A DNA stretch of 64,000 bases from Eubacteriales bacterium (GCA_045596925.1 JAZODH010000041.1:1594-65593); one strand, 5' to 3'. Shown: positions 20,261 through 29,528, numbered from the stretch's first letter. Notes: a model not told the origin generated them from the sequence alone. Numbers and translations are program-made.

Positions 20261-20283
20261 CGGAAAGTGGGGTATATCCTGAA

Positions 20284-21378
20284 ATGTCAGAGCTTGACCG
20301 TGCAAGAGAGATAATAAACGAGATCGACCGCGAGATGGCAGAGCTTTTCTGCCGCCGCATGGAAGCGGTCAAAATGGTCGCAAAGTACAAGCAGGAAAAA
20401 GGTCTTCCCGTTCTTGACTCCGCCCGCGAGGCGGCTGTCATCGAGCGCAACAGCCGGCTTGTAGCGGACGACGAGCTGCGCCCTTATTACGTGAACTTTA
20501 TCACAGGCAACATGGAGATCTCCCGCGCCTTCCAGCACAGATTGCTTGAGGGCATGAGAGTGGCTTACAGCGGAGTACCCGGTGCGTTTGCCAACATCGC
20601 CGCCATGAGGATCTTCCCCGACGCTGTGGCGGTATCCTGCTCCGATTTCCGCTCGGCTTACGAGTCGGTGGAGCGCGGAGAGTGCGACTGTGCGGTTTTG
20701 CCTATCGAAAACAGCCACGCAGGCGACGTTGCCCAGGTTATGGATCTCGCCTTCTTCGGCTCGCTTCACGTGACGGGCGTTTACGATCTGCAGGTGATTC
20801 AGAATCTTCTGGGTGTGCCGGGAAGCAGTATAAATCAAATAAGACGTGTCATCAGCCATCAGCAGGCACTTGACCAGTGCGCCGAGTACATCAGAGAGCA
20901 CGGATTTGTGCCCGAGGGTGCGACCAACACCGCAGTTGCCGCCCAGCAGGTGGCGGCAAGCGGAGACCCCACGGTGGCGGCAATAGCGTCTGTTGAGACC
21001 GCGAAGCTCTACGGACTTCAGATCCTTGAGCGCAACATAAACGAAAGCTCCGTGAACACCACTCGCTTCGCGGTCTTCTCAAAGGCGGCGAAGTCGGAAA
21101 ACAGTGCAGACAAGCACTTCTTCCTTTTCTTCACGGTAAAGAACGAGGCGGGCGGTCTTGCAAAGGCGATAAACGCCATCGGCGACGCGGGCTTTAACAT
21201 GAAAGCACTGAAAAGCCGTCCCACAAAGGAACTCATCTGGGAATATTACTTCACCGCCGAGATCGAGGGCAACGCACACACAGAAAAGGGGTGCGAGCTG
21301 CTCAAGAATCTTGAAGAAATATGCAGCAGCGTAAAGGTGCTGGGAAGCTACGACCGCGAGCTTTTGCTGAAAGGATAA
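20284..21378 (+). CDS. pheA: bifunctional chorismate mutase / prephenate dehydratase (with C-terminal ACT domain)
   Basis: N-terminal CM domain REIINEIDREMAELFCRRMEAVKMVAKYK. PDT domain MRVAYSGVPGAFANIAA...LPIENSHAG. ACT-like FFLFFTVKNEAGGLAKAI. Confidence 0.92.
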   Translation: MSELDRAREIINEIDREMAELFCRRMEAVKMVAKYKQEKGLPVLDSAREAAVIERNSRLVADDELRPYYVNFITGNMEISRAFQHRLLEGMRVAYSGVPGAFANIAAMRIFPDAVAVSCSDFRSAYESVERGECDCAVLPIENSHAGDVAQVMDLAFFGSLHVTGVYDLQVIQNLLGVPGSSINQIRRVISHQQALDQCAEYIREHGFVPEGATNTAVAAQQVAASGDPTVAAIASVETAKLYGLQILERNINESSVNTTRFAVFSKAAKSENSADKHFFLFFTVKNEAGGLAKAINAIGDAGFNMKALKSRPTKELIWEYYFTAEIEGNAHTEKGCELLKNLEEICSSVKVLGSYDRELLLKG

Positions 21379-21381
21379 AAT

Positions 21382-22389
21382 ATGATAATTCCCATAAATT
21401 TAGGAGAAAACAGCTACGATATAACCCTTGAGCGGGGCGCTCTTGCCCGTGCGGGCGAGATCTTCGATCTTGACCGTCACGCACTTATCGTCACCGACAG
21501 CGGAGTACCGAAAAAATACGCAGAAACAGTGGCACGGTGCGCAAAAAGGGCGGATATAGTCACCTTCGAACAAGGTGAGGCGAGCAAAAGCTTTGATACT
21601 CTGCGCACTCTCCTCCGCGCACTGACAGAAAACAGCTACACCCGAACCGACTGCGTGGTGGCAGTTGGCGGCGGTGTGGTCGGCGACATTGTGGGCCTTG
21701 CCGCGTCCCTGTTCATGCGCGGGATAGACTTTTACAACATTCCCACTACCCTGCTTTCGCAAGTGGACTCCTCTATCGGAGGAAAGACCGCCGTTGATTT
21801 CGAGGGCTACAAGAACATAATCGGCGCATTCAAGCAGCCAAAGGGTGTCATCATCGACCCCGACGTGCTCGAAACGCTTCCGAAGCGACAGCTTGCAAAC
21901 GGTCTTGCGGAGTCGATAAAAATGGCGCTCACCTGCGATCGCGAGCTTTATGAAATGATCCGAGACAATGATGCTTTTGAGGATATCGACAACGTAATTC
22001 ACCGTTCGCTTCTCATCAAAAAGAACGTAGTGGAGCAGGATGAACGGGAAACGGGTCTGCGCCGAGTGCTCAATTTCGGTCACACGGTAGGACACGCCGT
22101 TGAGACCGAATGCGGACTGACCGAGTTCTATCACGGCGAATGCGTGGCTATCGGCATGATCCCTATGCTTACACCCGAAATGAGAGAACAGGTGGCGACA
22201 GTCCTTGCAAAATACGGTCTGCCATCAAGGTCTCCGATCCCCGCCGAGAGGCTGATAAAAACCATGAGTCACGACAAAAAGGTTGACGGCAGTTTTATAC
22301 ACGCGGTATTTGTGCCCCGTGCGGGAGAATTTGAAATAAAAAAGCTGAAATTTGAGGATTTCGCAAATCTTATAAAGGAAACTTTGTAA
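21382..22389 (+). CDS. aroB: 3-dehydroquinate synthase
   Basis: VAVGGGVVGDIVG, GGKTAVD and LNFGHTVGHAVE motifs. Confidence 0.92.
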   Translation: MIIPINLGENSYDITLERGALARAGEIFDLDRHALIVTDSGVPKKYAETVARCAKRADIVTFEQGEASKSFDTLRTLLRALTENSYTRTDCVVAVGGGVVGDIVGLAASLFMRGIDFYNIPTTLLSQVDSSIGGKTAVDFEGYKNIIGAFKQPKGVIIDPDVLETLPKRQLANGLAESIKMALTCDRELYEMIRDNDAFEDIDNVIHRSLLIKKNVVEQDERETGLRRVLNFGHTVGHAVETECGLTEFYHGECVAIGMIPMLTPEMREQVATVLAKYGLPSRSPIPAERLIKTMSHDKKVDGSFIHAVFVPRAGEFEIKKLKFEDFANLIKETL

Positions 22390-22390
22390 A

Positions 22391-23494
22391 ATGAAGAACA
22401 CGTTTGGAAACAACATTTCTTTAACTATATTCGGAGAAAGCCACGGAAATGCTATCGGCGCGGTCATTGACGGTCTTGCGCCGGGTATTCCCGTAGACGA
22501 GAGCAAGATCGCTTCTCTGCTCTCTCTGCGCCGTCCCGCGGGAAAGATCTCCACCTCTCGTCGCGAGGAGGACAAGTTTGTGATCAAAAGCGGAGTTTTC
22601 GAGGGGTACACAACGGGAACGCCCATTTGTATTCTGATACCCAACGAAAATACCAACAGCCGTGATTATTCCGCCACCCGCGCCCTGGCGCGGCCCTCTC
22701 ACGCAGACTACAGTGCATACGAAAAGTACCACGGATTCGAGGACTATCGCGGCGGCGGTCATTTCAGCGGACGCATCACTGCCGCTCTTGTTGCGGCGGC
22801 AGGAATACTTATTCCCGCACTCAAGGCAAAGGGCATTTTTATCGGAACCCGCATAAAGAGTATCGCGGGAGTTTGTGACCGCGATTTTGCGGATTTTACC
22901 GAAGATATCAAAACTGTTTCCGAGAAAAATTTCCCCGTTTTCTCCTCCGAAATTGAGGAAGAAATGCAGAAAAAGATACTTGAGGCGGCGCAGGAGGGGG
23001 ACAGCGTAGGCGGTGTGCTTGAGACCGCCGTGATCGGTCTTCCCCGCGGTCTGGGCGAGCCTTGGTTCGATACCCTGGAGGGCATGATCTCCCACGCGGT
23101 GTTCTCCGTACCCGCAGTCAAGGGAATCGAGTTCGGCGCGGGATTTGGCGTAGCCGAGATGCGCGGAAGTCAGGCAAACGACGCAATGCGAATGGAGAAC
23201 GGCTCCGTCATCACACAAAGCAACACCAACGGCGGCATCGTGGGCGGAATTTCAAACGGCGCTCCCTTGCTTTTCCGTTGTGCTGTCAAGCCCACGCCTT
23301 CTATTTTCAAACCGCAGGAAACGGTTGATTTCCTCAAAGGCGAAAATGCGACTCTGTCTCTTGTCGGTCGCCATGACCCCTGCATCGTTCACCGCGCGGC
23401 GGTGGTGGTGCGCTCTGTCACGGCTCTTGCTCTTGCCGACCAGCTTGCAACACGCTACGGCACAGATTGGCTGACCGGAGGCGCAAAAAAATGA
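22391..23494 (+). CDS. aroC: chorismate synthase
   Basis: FGESHGNAIGAVIDG, RPSHADY, GGGHFSGR and VGRHDPC motifs. Confidence 0.95.
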   Translation: MKNTFGNNISLTIFGESHGNAIGAVIDGLAPGIPVDESKIASLLSLRRPAGKISTSRREEDKFVIKSGVFEGYTTGTPICILIPNENTNSRDYSATRALARPSHADYSAYEKYHGFEDYRGGGHFSGRITAALVAAAGILIPALKAKGIFIGTRIKSIAGVCDRDFADFTEDIKTVSEKNFPVFSSEIEEEMQKKILEAAQEGDSVGGVLETAVIGLPRGLGEPWFDTLEGMISHAVFSVPAVKGIEFGAGFGVAEMRGSQANDAMRMENGSVITQSNTNGGIVGGISNGAPLLFRCAVKPTPSIFKPQETVDFLKGENATLSLVGRHDPCIVHRAAVVVRSVTALALADQLATRYGTDWLTGGAKK

Positions 23495-24735
23495 TGTACG
23501 GCTGCATCGGCGAGCATCTTTCTCACAGCTTTTCCCGTGAGATCCATACTCGTCTCACAGATAAATATGATTATATTTTAAAGGAAATTCCCCGTGACGG
23601 TCTCGACGCTTTCATGAAAAGCGGAAGCTTTCAGGCAATAAACGTTACGATTCCCTACAAGCAGGACGTCATTCCGTATCTTGACGTCGTCAGTCCCGAG
23701 GCGCAGAGGATCGGTGCGGTGAACACCATCGTCCGCCGTGACGGTAAGCTCTACGGCTACAACACCGACTTCCTCGGAATGTGCGGTCTCATTCACCGCA
23801 CAGGAATTGATATAAAGGACAAAAAAGTGCTTATCCTCGGCTCGGGCGGCACGTCAAAGACGGCTCTTGCCGTGGCAACTCACCTGGGCGCGTCCGAGAT
23901 TTTTGTTGTCTCAAGGCACCCCGAGGGCGCACAGATAGACTATGAAACGGCAACAACCGCTCACACCGATGCGGAAATAATCATCAACACCACACCCGTT
24001 GGAATGTACCCCAAAAACGGGGGTTGCCCCATTGATATCGGGCTTTTCCCAAGGCTTTGCGGTGTTCTTGACGCAATCTATAACCCCCACAGAACAAACC
24101 TTATAACCGAGGCTCAAAAGCGCTCTATCCCCGCCGAGGGCGGTCTTTATATGCTGGTGGCACAGGCGGCTTATGCGGTCGAAAAATTCCTTGATATCAC
24201 CGTTCCCGAATCGGAATTCGAGCGGGTCTACAGTGCCGTAAGACGGCAAAAGGCAAGCATCGTGCTTGTGGGTATGCCCGGCTGCGGAAAGTCAACCGTG
24301 GGACGTGCTCTTGCGGAAAAAGAGGGACGTCAATTCATCGACACCGACGAGGAAATAACAAGAAAAACGGGCAAAACGCCCGACATGATAATCAGACAGG
24401 ACGGCGTTGACGCATTCCGCGATATTGAAAGCCGGGTGATCGAAGAGGTCTCGTCTCTCAGTTCTGCGGTCATCGCCATCGGCGGTGGTGGAATTTTAAG
24501 AGAGCGAAACGCAGAGCTTCTCCGCATGAACGGAGTTCTCATTTTCCTTAACTGTCCCGTTGACCTTCTGACAGTCTCGGACGACCGTCCTCTGTCAAGC
24601 ACGCGCAAAGCTTTGGAGCAAAGATACCGCGAGCGGCTTCCCATTTACCGCCGTCACGCGGATTTTATCATCGAATCCGACAAAGATCTGGAAAACAACT
24701 TAAAGAAAATCGAAAGCGAACTTGAAAAAATATGA
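23491..24735 (+). CDS. aroE/aroK: fused shikimate dehydrogenase (N-terminal) / shikimate kinase (C-terminal)
   Basis: N-terminal half: NVTIPYKQDV...GAVNTIV...GYNTDFLG and GSGGTSK. C-terminal part: Walker A VLVGMPGCGKSTVGRALA followed by DTDEEI. ATG 23491 overlaps the aroC stop (ATGA); the track start at 23467 is a TTG. Confidence 0.88.
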   Translation: MMYGCIGEHLSHSFSREIHTRLTDKYDYILKEIPRDGLDAFMKSGSFQAINVTIPYKQDVIPYLDVVSPEAQRIGAVNTIVRRDGKLYGYNTDFLGMCGLIHRTGIDIKDKKVLILGSGGTSKTALAVATHLGASEIFVVSRHPEGAQIDYETATTAHTDAEIIINTTPVGMYPKNGGCPIDIGLFPRLCGVLDAIYNPHRTNLITEAQKRSIPAEGGLYMLVAQAAYAVEKFLDITVPESEFERVYSAVRRQKASIVLVGMPGCGKSTVGRALAEKEGRQFIDTDEEITRKTGKTPDMIIRQDGVDAFRDIESRVIEEVSSLSSAVIAIGGGGILRERNAELLRMNGVLIFLNCPVDLLTVSDDRPLSSTRKALEQRYRERLPIYRRHADFIIESDKDLENNLKKIESELEKI

Positions 24736-25163
24736 AACTTCTTATTCTGAACGGTCCCAACATCAATATGCTAGGTATCCGCGAGCCGGGCATCTACGGC
24801 TCGGAAAGCTACGGCGAGCTTTGCCGACAGGCTCGGGAAAAGGCAAAGGAGCTTGGGGTCGAGCTTGAGATCTATCAGACCAACCACGAAGGCGGTCTGG
24901 TAGATAAAATCCAGGAGGCTTACGGAAAAATTGACGGCATCGTGTTCAATCCCGGGGCTTACACTCACACAAGCATTGCAATACTTGACGCGCTGAAAGC
25001 CGTTTCGATCCCTACCGTTGAAGTCCACATTTCGGATGTATCAAAACGAGAGGATTTCAGACAGGTAAGCTACATTCGACCCGTTTGCAAAAAGACCATA
25101 ACGGGTCACGGCATAAAGGGCTATCTTGAAGCCATGGAATTTCTTGCAGGTGCCGAAAAATGA
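24732..25163 (+). CDS. aroQ: type II 3-dehydroquinate dehydratase
   Basis: LNGPNINMLGIREPGIYG, QTNHEGGLVDKIQ, NPGAYTHTSIA and VEVHISD motifs. Confidence 0.95.
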   Translation: MKLLILNGPNINMLGIREPGIYGSESYGELCRQAREKAKELGVELEIYQTNHEGGLVDKIQEAYGKIDGIVFNPGAYTHTSIAILDALKAVSIPTVEVHISDVSKREDFRQVSYIRPVCKKTITGHGIKGYLEAMEFLAGAEK

Positions 25164-26359
25164 AGGTCAGAATTATTCCCGGCCGTGCCTGCGGAGCCAT
25201 CTGTGCGCCACCGTCAAAAAGTGCCGCTCACAGACTGCTGATCTGCGGTGCGCTGGCAGGAAACAGCATCATTCACGGCCTTGAAATGAGCGAGGATATT
25301 CTCGCCACCCTTGACTGTCTGTCCGCTTTGGGTTATCAATTCGCCCTTGACGGAAACACCGTCTCGTTCAAAGGGAAAACGGAGGGTCAAGGCGATCTTC
25401 TCTGCCGCGAAAGCGGAAGCACACTTCGTTTTATGATCCCAATTGCACTTCTGGAGGACGGCAAAAAAACACTCCGAGGGTCGCAACGACTTTTTGAAAG
25501 ACCCCTGACCGTATACGAGGACGTTTTTGAAAAGAACGGTATAAAACACACGCGAGGCGATGGAGCTGTCACGGTAGACGGCGAGCTGAAAAGCGGACAC
25601 TATACCCTGCCCGGCAACGTGAGCAGTCAGTTTATAACGGGGCTTCTGTTCGTTCTCCCTCTCCTTGAGGGTGACAGCAAAATAACTCTTACCGGTGAGC
25701 TTCAGAGCCTGTCATATATTGACCTGACAATTGAAGTGCTCGGTATGTTCGGCATAAATATCGGGCGCGAAGGTGACAACGTTCTGAAAATTGCGGGCGG
25801 GTTCAAATATGAACCGAGAGAGTTGACGGTCGAGGGCGATTGGTCAAACGCCGCGTTTTTTGAGGCGCTGAATCATTTAGGATCTTCCGTCACGATTACG
25901 GGTCTGCGCCAAGACAGCTTACAGGGTGACAAGGTCTGCCGCCGACTGTTTTCGGAGCTTGACAGCGGCACCCCGACGATTTCTGTTGCCGACTGTCCCG
26001 ACCTGGCTCCCATTCTTATGACCGTGGCGGCAACAAAAAACGGAGCGGTATTCACTGACACTGCAAGACTGAAAATAAAAGAAAGTGACCGTGGAGCGGT
26101 CATGGCCGCCGAGCTGGCAAAATTCGGTGCGGACGTTGTGGTTGAGGAAAACCGAATCACAGTCAAAAAAGCACCGCTTCACGCGCCAACCGACACGATC
26201 GACGCCCACAACGACCACAGGATCGCCATGTCAACGGCAATTCTCGGTACTCTGTACGGGTGTGAAATTGCAGGCGCGGAGTGCGTTCGCAAGAGCCTGC
26301 CTTCCTTCTATGAATTACTATCTTCCCTGAACATCGAGGTGCAAAAAGATGAAACTTGA
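25160..26359 (+). CDS. aroA: 3-phosphoshikimate 1-carboxyvinyltransferase (EPSP synthase)
   Basis: PPSKSAAHRLLICGAL, GSTLRFMIP and DHRIAMS motifs. 399 aa. Confidence 0.9.
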   Translation: MKVRIIPGRACGAICAPPSKSAAHRLLICGALAGNSIIHGLEMSEDILATLDCLSALGYQFALDGNTVSFKGKTEGQGDLLCRESGSTLRFMIPIALLEDGKKTLRGSQRLFERPLTVYEDVFEKNGIKHTRGDGAVTVDGELKSGHYTLPGNVSSQFITGLLFVLPLLEGDSKITLTGELQSLSYIDLTIEVLGMFGINIGREGDNVLKIAGGFKYEPRELTVEGDWSNAAFFEALNHLGSSVTITGLRQDSLQGDKVCRRLFSELDSGTPTISVADCPDLAPILMTVAATKNGAVFTDTARLKIKESDRGAVMAAELAKFGADVVVEENRITVKKAPLHAPTDTIDAHNDHRIAMSTAILGTLYGCEIAGAECVRKSLPSFYELLSSLNIEVQKDET

Positions 26360-27203
26360 CAAAAATATGAATATACTTATCGTGGGTCTCGGTCTCATCG
26401 GCGGCTCATACGCACAGGCGCTTACAGAAAAAGGCTACAAAATAACCGCCATCACAAAGGATCAATCGTCTATTGACTATGCGCTCGAACACGGTTATAT
26501 CGAAAAGGGTTACACCGAGGTCACCGAGGAGGCGGTTTCCTCCGCCGATCTTCTGATCTTTGCCCTTTACCCCCGTGTTTTCACGGCTTGGCTTGAGCAG
26601 TACGGCAAGCTGATAAGAAAAGGCGCCGTGGTCACAGACGTGACGGGCGTAAAGGAAGCGATCATCGACCGCGTGCTCTATCTTTTGCCCGACGGCGTTG
26701 AGTTTATCGCCGCTCACCCCATGGCAGGTCGCGAGCTTTCGGGTATCGAATACAGCGATTCAAGCCTGTTCCGAGTCGCAAACTACATCGTAGTGCCCAC
26801 CGAGCAAAACGAGGAAGAAACCATACAGATGTGCGAGGAGCTTGGACGCGAGCTGGGCTTCGCCCGCATCACCCGTCTTTCCCCTGCCGAGCACGACAAA
26901 ATGATCGCATTCCTCTCCCAGCTCACCCACTGCATAGCGGTGTCGCTGATGTGCACCTCGGACGAGCCGGGACTTGAAAAATACACGGGTGACTCCTTCC
27001 GTGACCTTACCAGGATCGCAAAGATAAACGACGAGATGTGGAGCGAGCTTTTCACGTTAAATCGTCCTGCGCTTCTGGCTCAAATGGACGCTTTTGCCGA
27101 GACGTTCGGTGCTCTCCGAGAGGCTCTGGCAAAAGGCGACACCGACAAAATGCGTTCCATGATGAAAAAGTCTACCGAAAGGCGCAAGCTTTTTGATAAA
27201 TAA
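26349..27203 (+). CDS. tyrA: prephenate dehydrogenase
   Basis: NAD fold ILIVGLGLIGGS. AAHPMAGRE motif. ATG 26349 has a GAGGTG SD; ATG 26367 is an alternative start. Confidence 0.88.
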   Translation: MKLDKNMNILIVGLGLIGGSYAQALTEKGYKITAITKDQSSIDYALEHGYIEKGYTEVTEEAVSSADLLIFALYPRVFTAWLEQYGKLIRKGAVVTDVTGVKEAIIDRVLYLLPDGVEFIAAHPMAGRELSGIEYSDSSLFRVANYIVVPTEQNEEETIQMCEELGRELGFARITRLSPAEHDKMIAFLSQLTHCIAVSLMCTSDEPGLEKYTGDSFRDLTRIAKINDEMWSELFTLNRPALLAQMDAFAETFGALREALAKGDTDKMRSMMKKSTERRKLFDK

Positions 27204-27233
27204 AAATTCTGCTTGAAATAGAGGTATCAGAAA

Positions 27234-28262
27234 ATGAACATGAATTTCAAAAGAAAACTCCCCATTCCGATGGACATCAAGGAGGAGTTCCCCGTATCCA
27301 TCAAGATGCAGCAGGACAAGGTCGCCCGCGACGTTGAGATCAAGAAGATCTTCCGCGGCGAGAGCGACAAATTTCTGCTTGTTATAGGCCCCTGCTCTGC
27401 CGACCACGAGGAATCGGTTCTCGACTATATCGGACGCCTTCGCACCGTTCAGGATCAGGTCAAGGACAAAATTCTTATCATTCCCAGAATCTACACAAAC
27501 AAGCCCAGAACGACGGGCGACGGCTACAAGGGCATGCTTCACCAGCCCGATCCCGACGCCGCTTCCGATATGCTTGGCGGCATTATCGCCATTCGCCGTC
27601 TTCACATGAGAGCTCTGTCCGAGTTTGGATTCAGCTGTGCGGACGAGATGCTCTACCCCGAAAATCACCGTTACCTGTCCGACCTGCTCTCCTACGTTGC
27701 CATCGGTGCACGCTCGGTTGAAAACCAGCAGCACAGACTGACAGCCAGCGGTCTTGACATTCCCGTCGGCATGAAGAATCCCACGGGCGGCGACCTGTCG
27801 GTCATGATGAATGCCATTACCGCCGCACACCACAAGCACACCTTCATTTACCGAGGCTGGGAGGTTGAGAGCACGGGCAACCCCTACTCTCACGCCATCC
27901 TGCGCGGATATGTCGACGCATACGGCAAGTCGATCTCCAATTACCATTACGAGGATCTGGCAAAGCTCAACGATATCTATGCCAAGAGCGGTCTTGAAAA
28001 CCCCGCGGTTATCGTTGACACCAACCACGCAAACTCGGGTAAGCAGTGGCTTGAGCAGGTAAGGATCGCAAAGGACATCATGTACAGCCGTTCTCAGAAC
28101 GAGGACGTGAAAAAGCTGGTCAAGGGTCTGATGATCGAGAGCTACATCGAGGACGGCGCACAGAAGATCGGCGAAGGTATTTACGGAAAGTCCATCACCG
28201 ACCCCTGTCTCGGCTGGGAAAAGACCGAAAAGCTTATACTTGAGTTGGCTGAAAAGGTCTAA
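27234..28262 (+). CDS. 3-deoxy-7-phosphoheptulonate (DAHP) synthase, class I-alpha (AroF/G/H type)
   Basis: KFLLVIGPCSADHEE, IPRIYTNKPRTT and GMKNPTGG motifs. 342 aa. Last gene of the aro operon. Confidence 0.9.
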   Translation: MNMNFKRKLPIPMDIKEEFPVSIKMQQDKVARDVEIKKIFRGESDKFLLVIGPCSADHEESVLDYIGRLRTVQDQVKDKILIIPRIYTNKPRTTGDGYKGMLHQPDPDAASDMLGGIIAIRRLHMRALSEFGFSCADEMLYPENHRYLSDLLSYVAIGARSVENQQHRLTASGLDIPVGMKNPTGGDLSVMMNAITAAHHKHTFIYRGWEVESTGNPYSHAILRGYVDAYGKSISNYHYEDLAKLNDIYAKSGLENPAVIVDTNHANSGKQWLEQVRIAKDIMYSRSQNEDVKKLVKGLMIESYIEDGAQKIGEGIYGKSITDPCLGWEKTEKLILELAEKV

Positions 28263-28328
28263 ATCAATCGCTGTTTGGGTCTGTTTTTTGACAGAACAAC
28301 AAAAAAACAAAAAAATTTCAAAAAACTA

Positions 28329-28357
28329 TTGCATTTTGGAAAATCATATGGTATAAT
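28329..28357 (+). promoter_or_regulatory. sigma-70 promoter for rpmB
   Basis: TTGCAT (28329-34), 17-nt spacer, TGg-TATAAT (28349-57). Extended -10. Confidence 0.6.
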
Positions 28358-28419
28358 TTCAAATGCTGTAATAAAAAAGTGAAATTTTTGTGCATTAGTA
28401 CACTAAGGAGGTGTCAGTT

Positions 28420-28605
28420 ATGGCAAAATGCTGTGTTTGCGGAAAGGGCGTTGTTTTCGGACAGAATGTTTCCCATTCCCATCGTAAGACAAACAGAACA
28501 TGGAAGCCTAATATCCGTAGGGTTAAAGCTGTTGTAGGCGGCACTCCCAAGACTGTTAGCGTATGTTCAAACTGCCTGCGTTCAGGCAAGATTACAAGAG
28601 CTTGA
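28420..28605 (+). CDS. rpmB: 50S ribosomal protein L28
   Basis: [32 protein letters not shown]... is the canonical L28 sequence. GGAGGTG SD before ATG 28420. Confidence 0.92.
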   Translation: MAKCCVCGKGVVFGQNVSHSHRKTNRTWKPNIRRVKAVVGGTPKTVSVCSNCLRSGKITRA

Positions 28606-28625
28606 TTTTAAGCTCAATAGAATGA

Positions 28626-28655
28626 GGCAGATGAAAATCTGCCTTCTTTCTTTAT
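28626..28655 (+). terminator. rpmB intrinsic terminator
   Basis: GAGGCAGAT-GAAA-ATCTGCCTT hairpin followed by CTTTCTTT. Confidence 0.6.
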
Positions 28656-28721
28656 GCGTGAAACAAAGCAATAACAAAACTTCAAATTCCGTTATTTCCC
28701 GACATTGGTTGGAGCAGATTT

Positions 28722-29435
28722 ATGAAAATTGCCATCGTAGACAGCAGAATACCAAGGGACGCCGAGTGCGCCCTTTCTGTCTATGCGGACAAGATCGTAA
28801 AATTGCCGCCCTGCTCCCGACTGCAGGCTCCCGTTTCCGCCCACCCGGATATGCTGGTCTTCATAACGGACAGGCAAATAATAACCGGAAAACGGTATTT
28901 CGAAGAAAATCGGGCGATATTCCACGAGCTGTCCCTGCTCTGCGGACGGGAGACCGTTGTGGCAGGCACCGAGCTTGCCCTAAATTACCCAAGCGACGTT
29001 AAATTCAACGGCTTTACCGCAGGCGGGCGAATTTTCGGACTTGCATCGGCACTTTCGGAGACCGTTTTGGCGTGGGCAAAAAAAGCCTCGATCCCCGTCG
29101 TCAACATCCGCCAGGGCTATGCAAAATGCTCGACCTGCGTGGTGACGGAAAACGCCGTCATCACCGAGGATGCGAGCATTGAGAGAGCGATGCTTGAAAA
29201 CGGCATTGACGTTTTGAGAGTGACCTCGGGACAGGTCGCACTTGACGGCTACGACTGCGGTTTTATAGGCGGCGCGAGCGGTGCAGACAGCGAAAACGTC
29301 TACTTTTGCGGGGACGTATCACAGCACCCCGACTTTGATGAGATAGAGAGTTTTTGCCGATGTCACGGCAAAAACTGCGTTTCTCTTGGCATGGGCAGAC
29401 TTTACGATATTGGAACGATTTATTTTTTGGAGTGA
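28722..29435 (+). CDS. conserved-looking hypothetical protein (237 aa)
   Basis: Clean ORF in the same orientation as its neighbours. No motif I can assign with confidence. Confidence 0.55.
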   Translation: MKIAIVDSRIPRDAECALSVYADKIVKLPPCSRLQAPVSAHPDMLVFITDRQIITGKRYFEENRAIFHELSLLCGRETVVAGTELALNYPSDVKFNGFTAGGRIFGLASALSETVLAWAKKASIPVVNIRQGYAKCSTCVVTENAVITEDASIERAMLENGIDVLRVTSGQVALDGYDCGFIGGASGADSENVYFCGDVSQHPDFDEIESFCRCHGKNCVSLGMGRLYDIGTIYFLE

Positions 29436-29481
29436 TCTTAAAGCAATTTTTTAATAAATTCAACTTTTTTTGCAAAAAGCA

Positions 29482-29510
29482 TTGACAAAATCAGATTCGG
29501 GTGATATAAT
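29482..29510 (+). promoter_or_regulatory. sigma-70 promoter of the tRNA-Val/Asp/Gly cluster
   Basis: TTGACA (29482-87), 17-nt spacer, TGa-TATAAT (29502-10). Confidence 0.65.
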
Positions 29511-29528
29511 ATCAAGGCTGTGAAAAAT

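Noticed and set aside
20048-20314. 88-aa track ORF spanning the aro leader, the terminator and the pheA start
   Set aside because: It has a GTG start inside the -10 region and no SD. It reads through the intrinsic terminator and overlaps pheA out of frame. The 24-codon ORF with a strong SD in another frame explains the region better.
27057-28310. 417-aa minus-strand ORF covering the whole DAHP synthase gene
   Set aside because: It is antisense to a gene with unmistakable DAHP synthase motifs. Its product is low-complexity (V/L/D/G/H-rich) with no SD or recognisable domain. It looks like a typical stop-free shadow ORF in GC-biased coding DNA.
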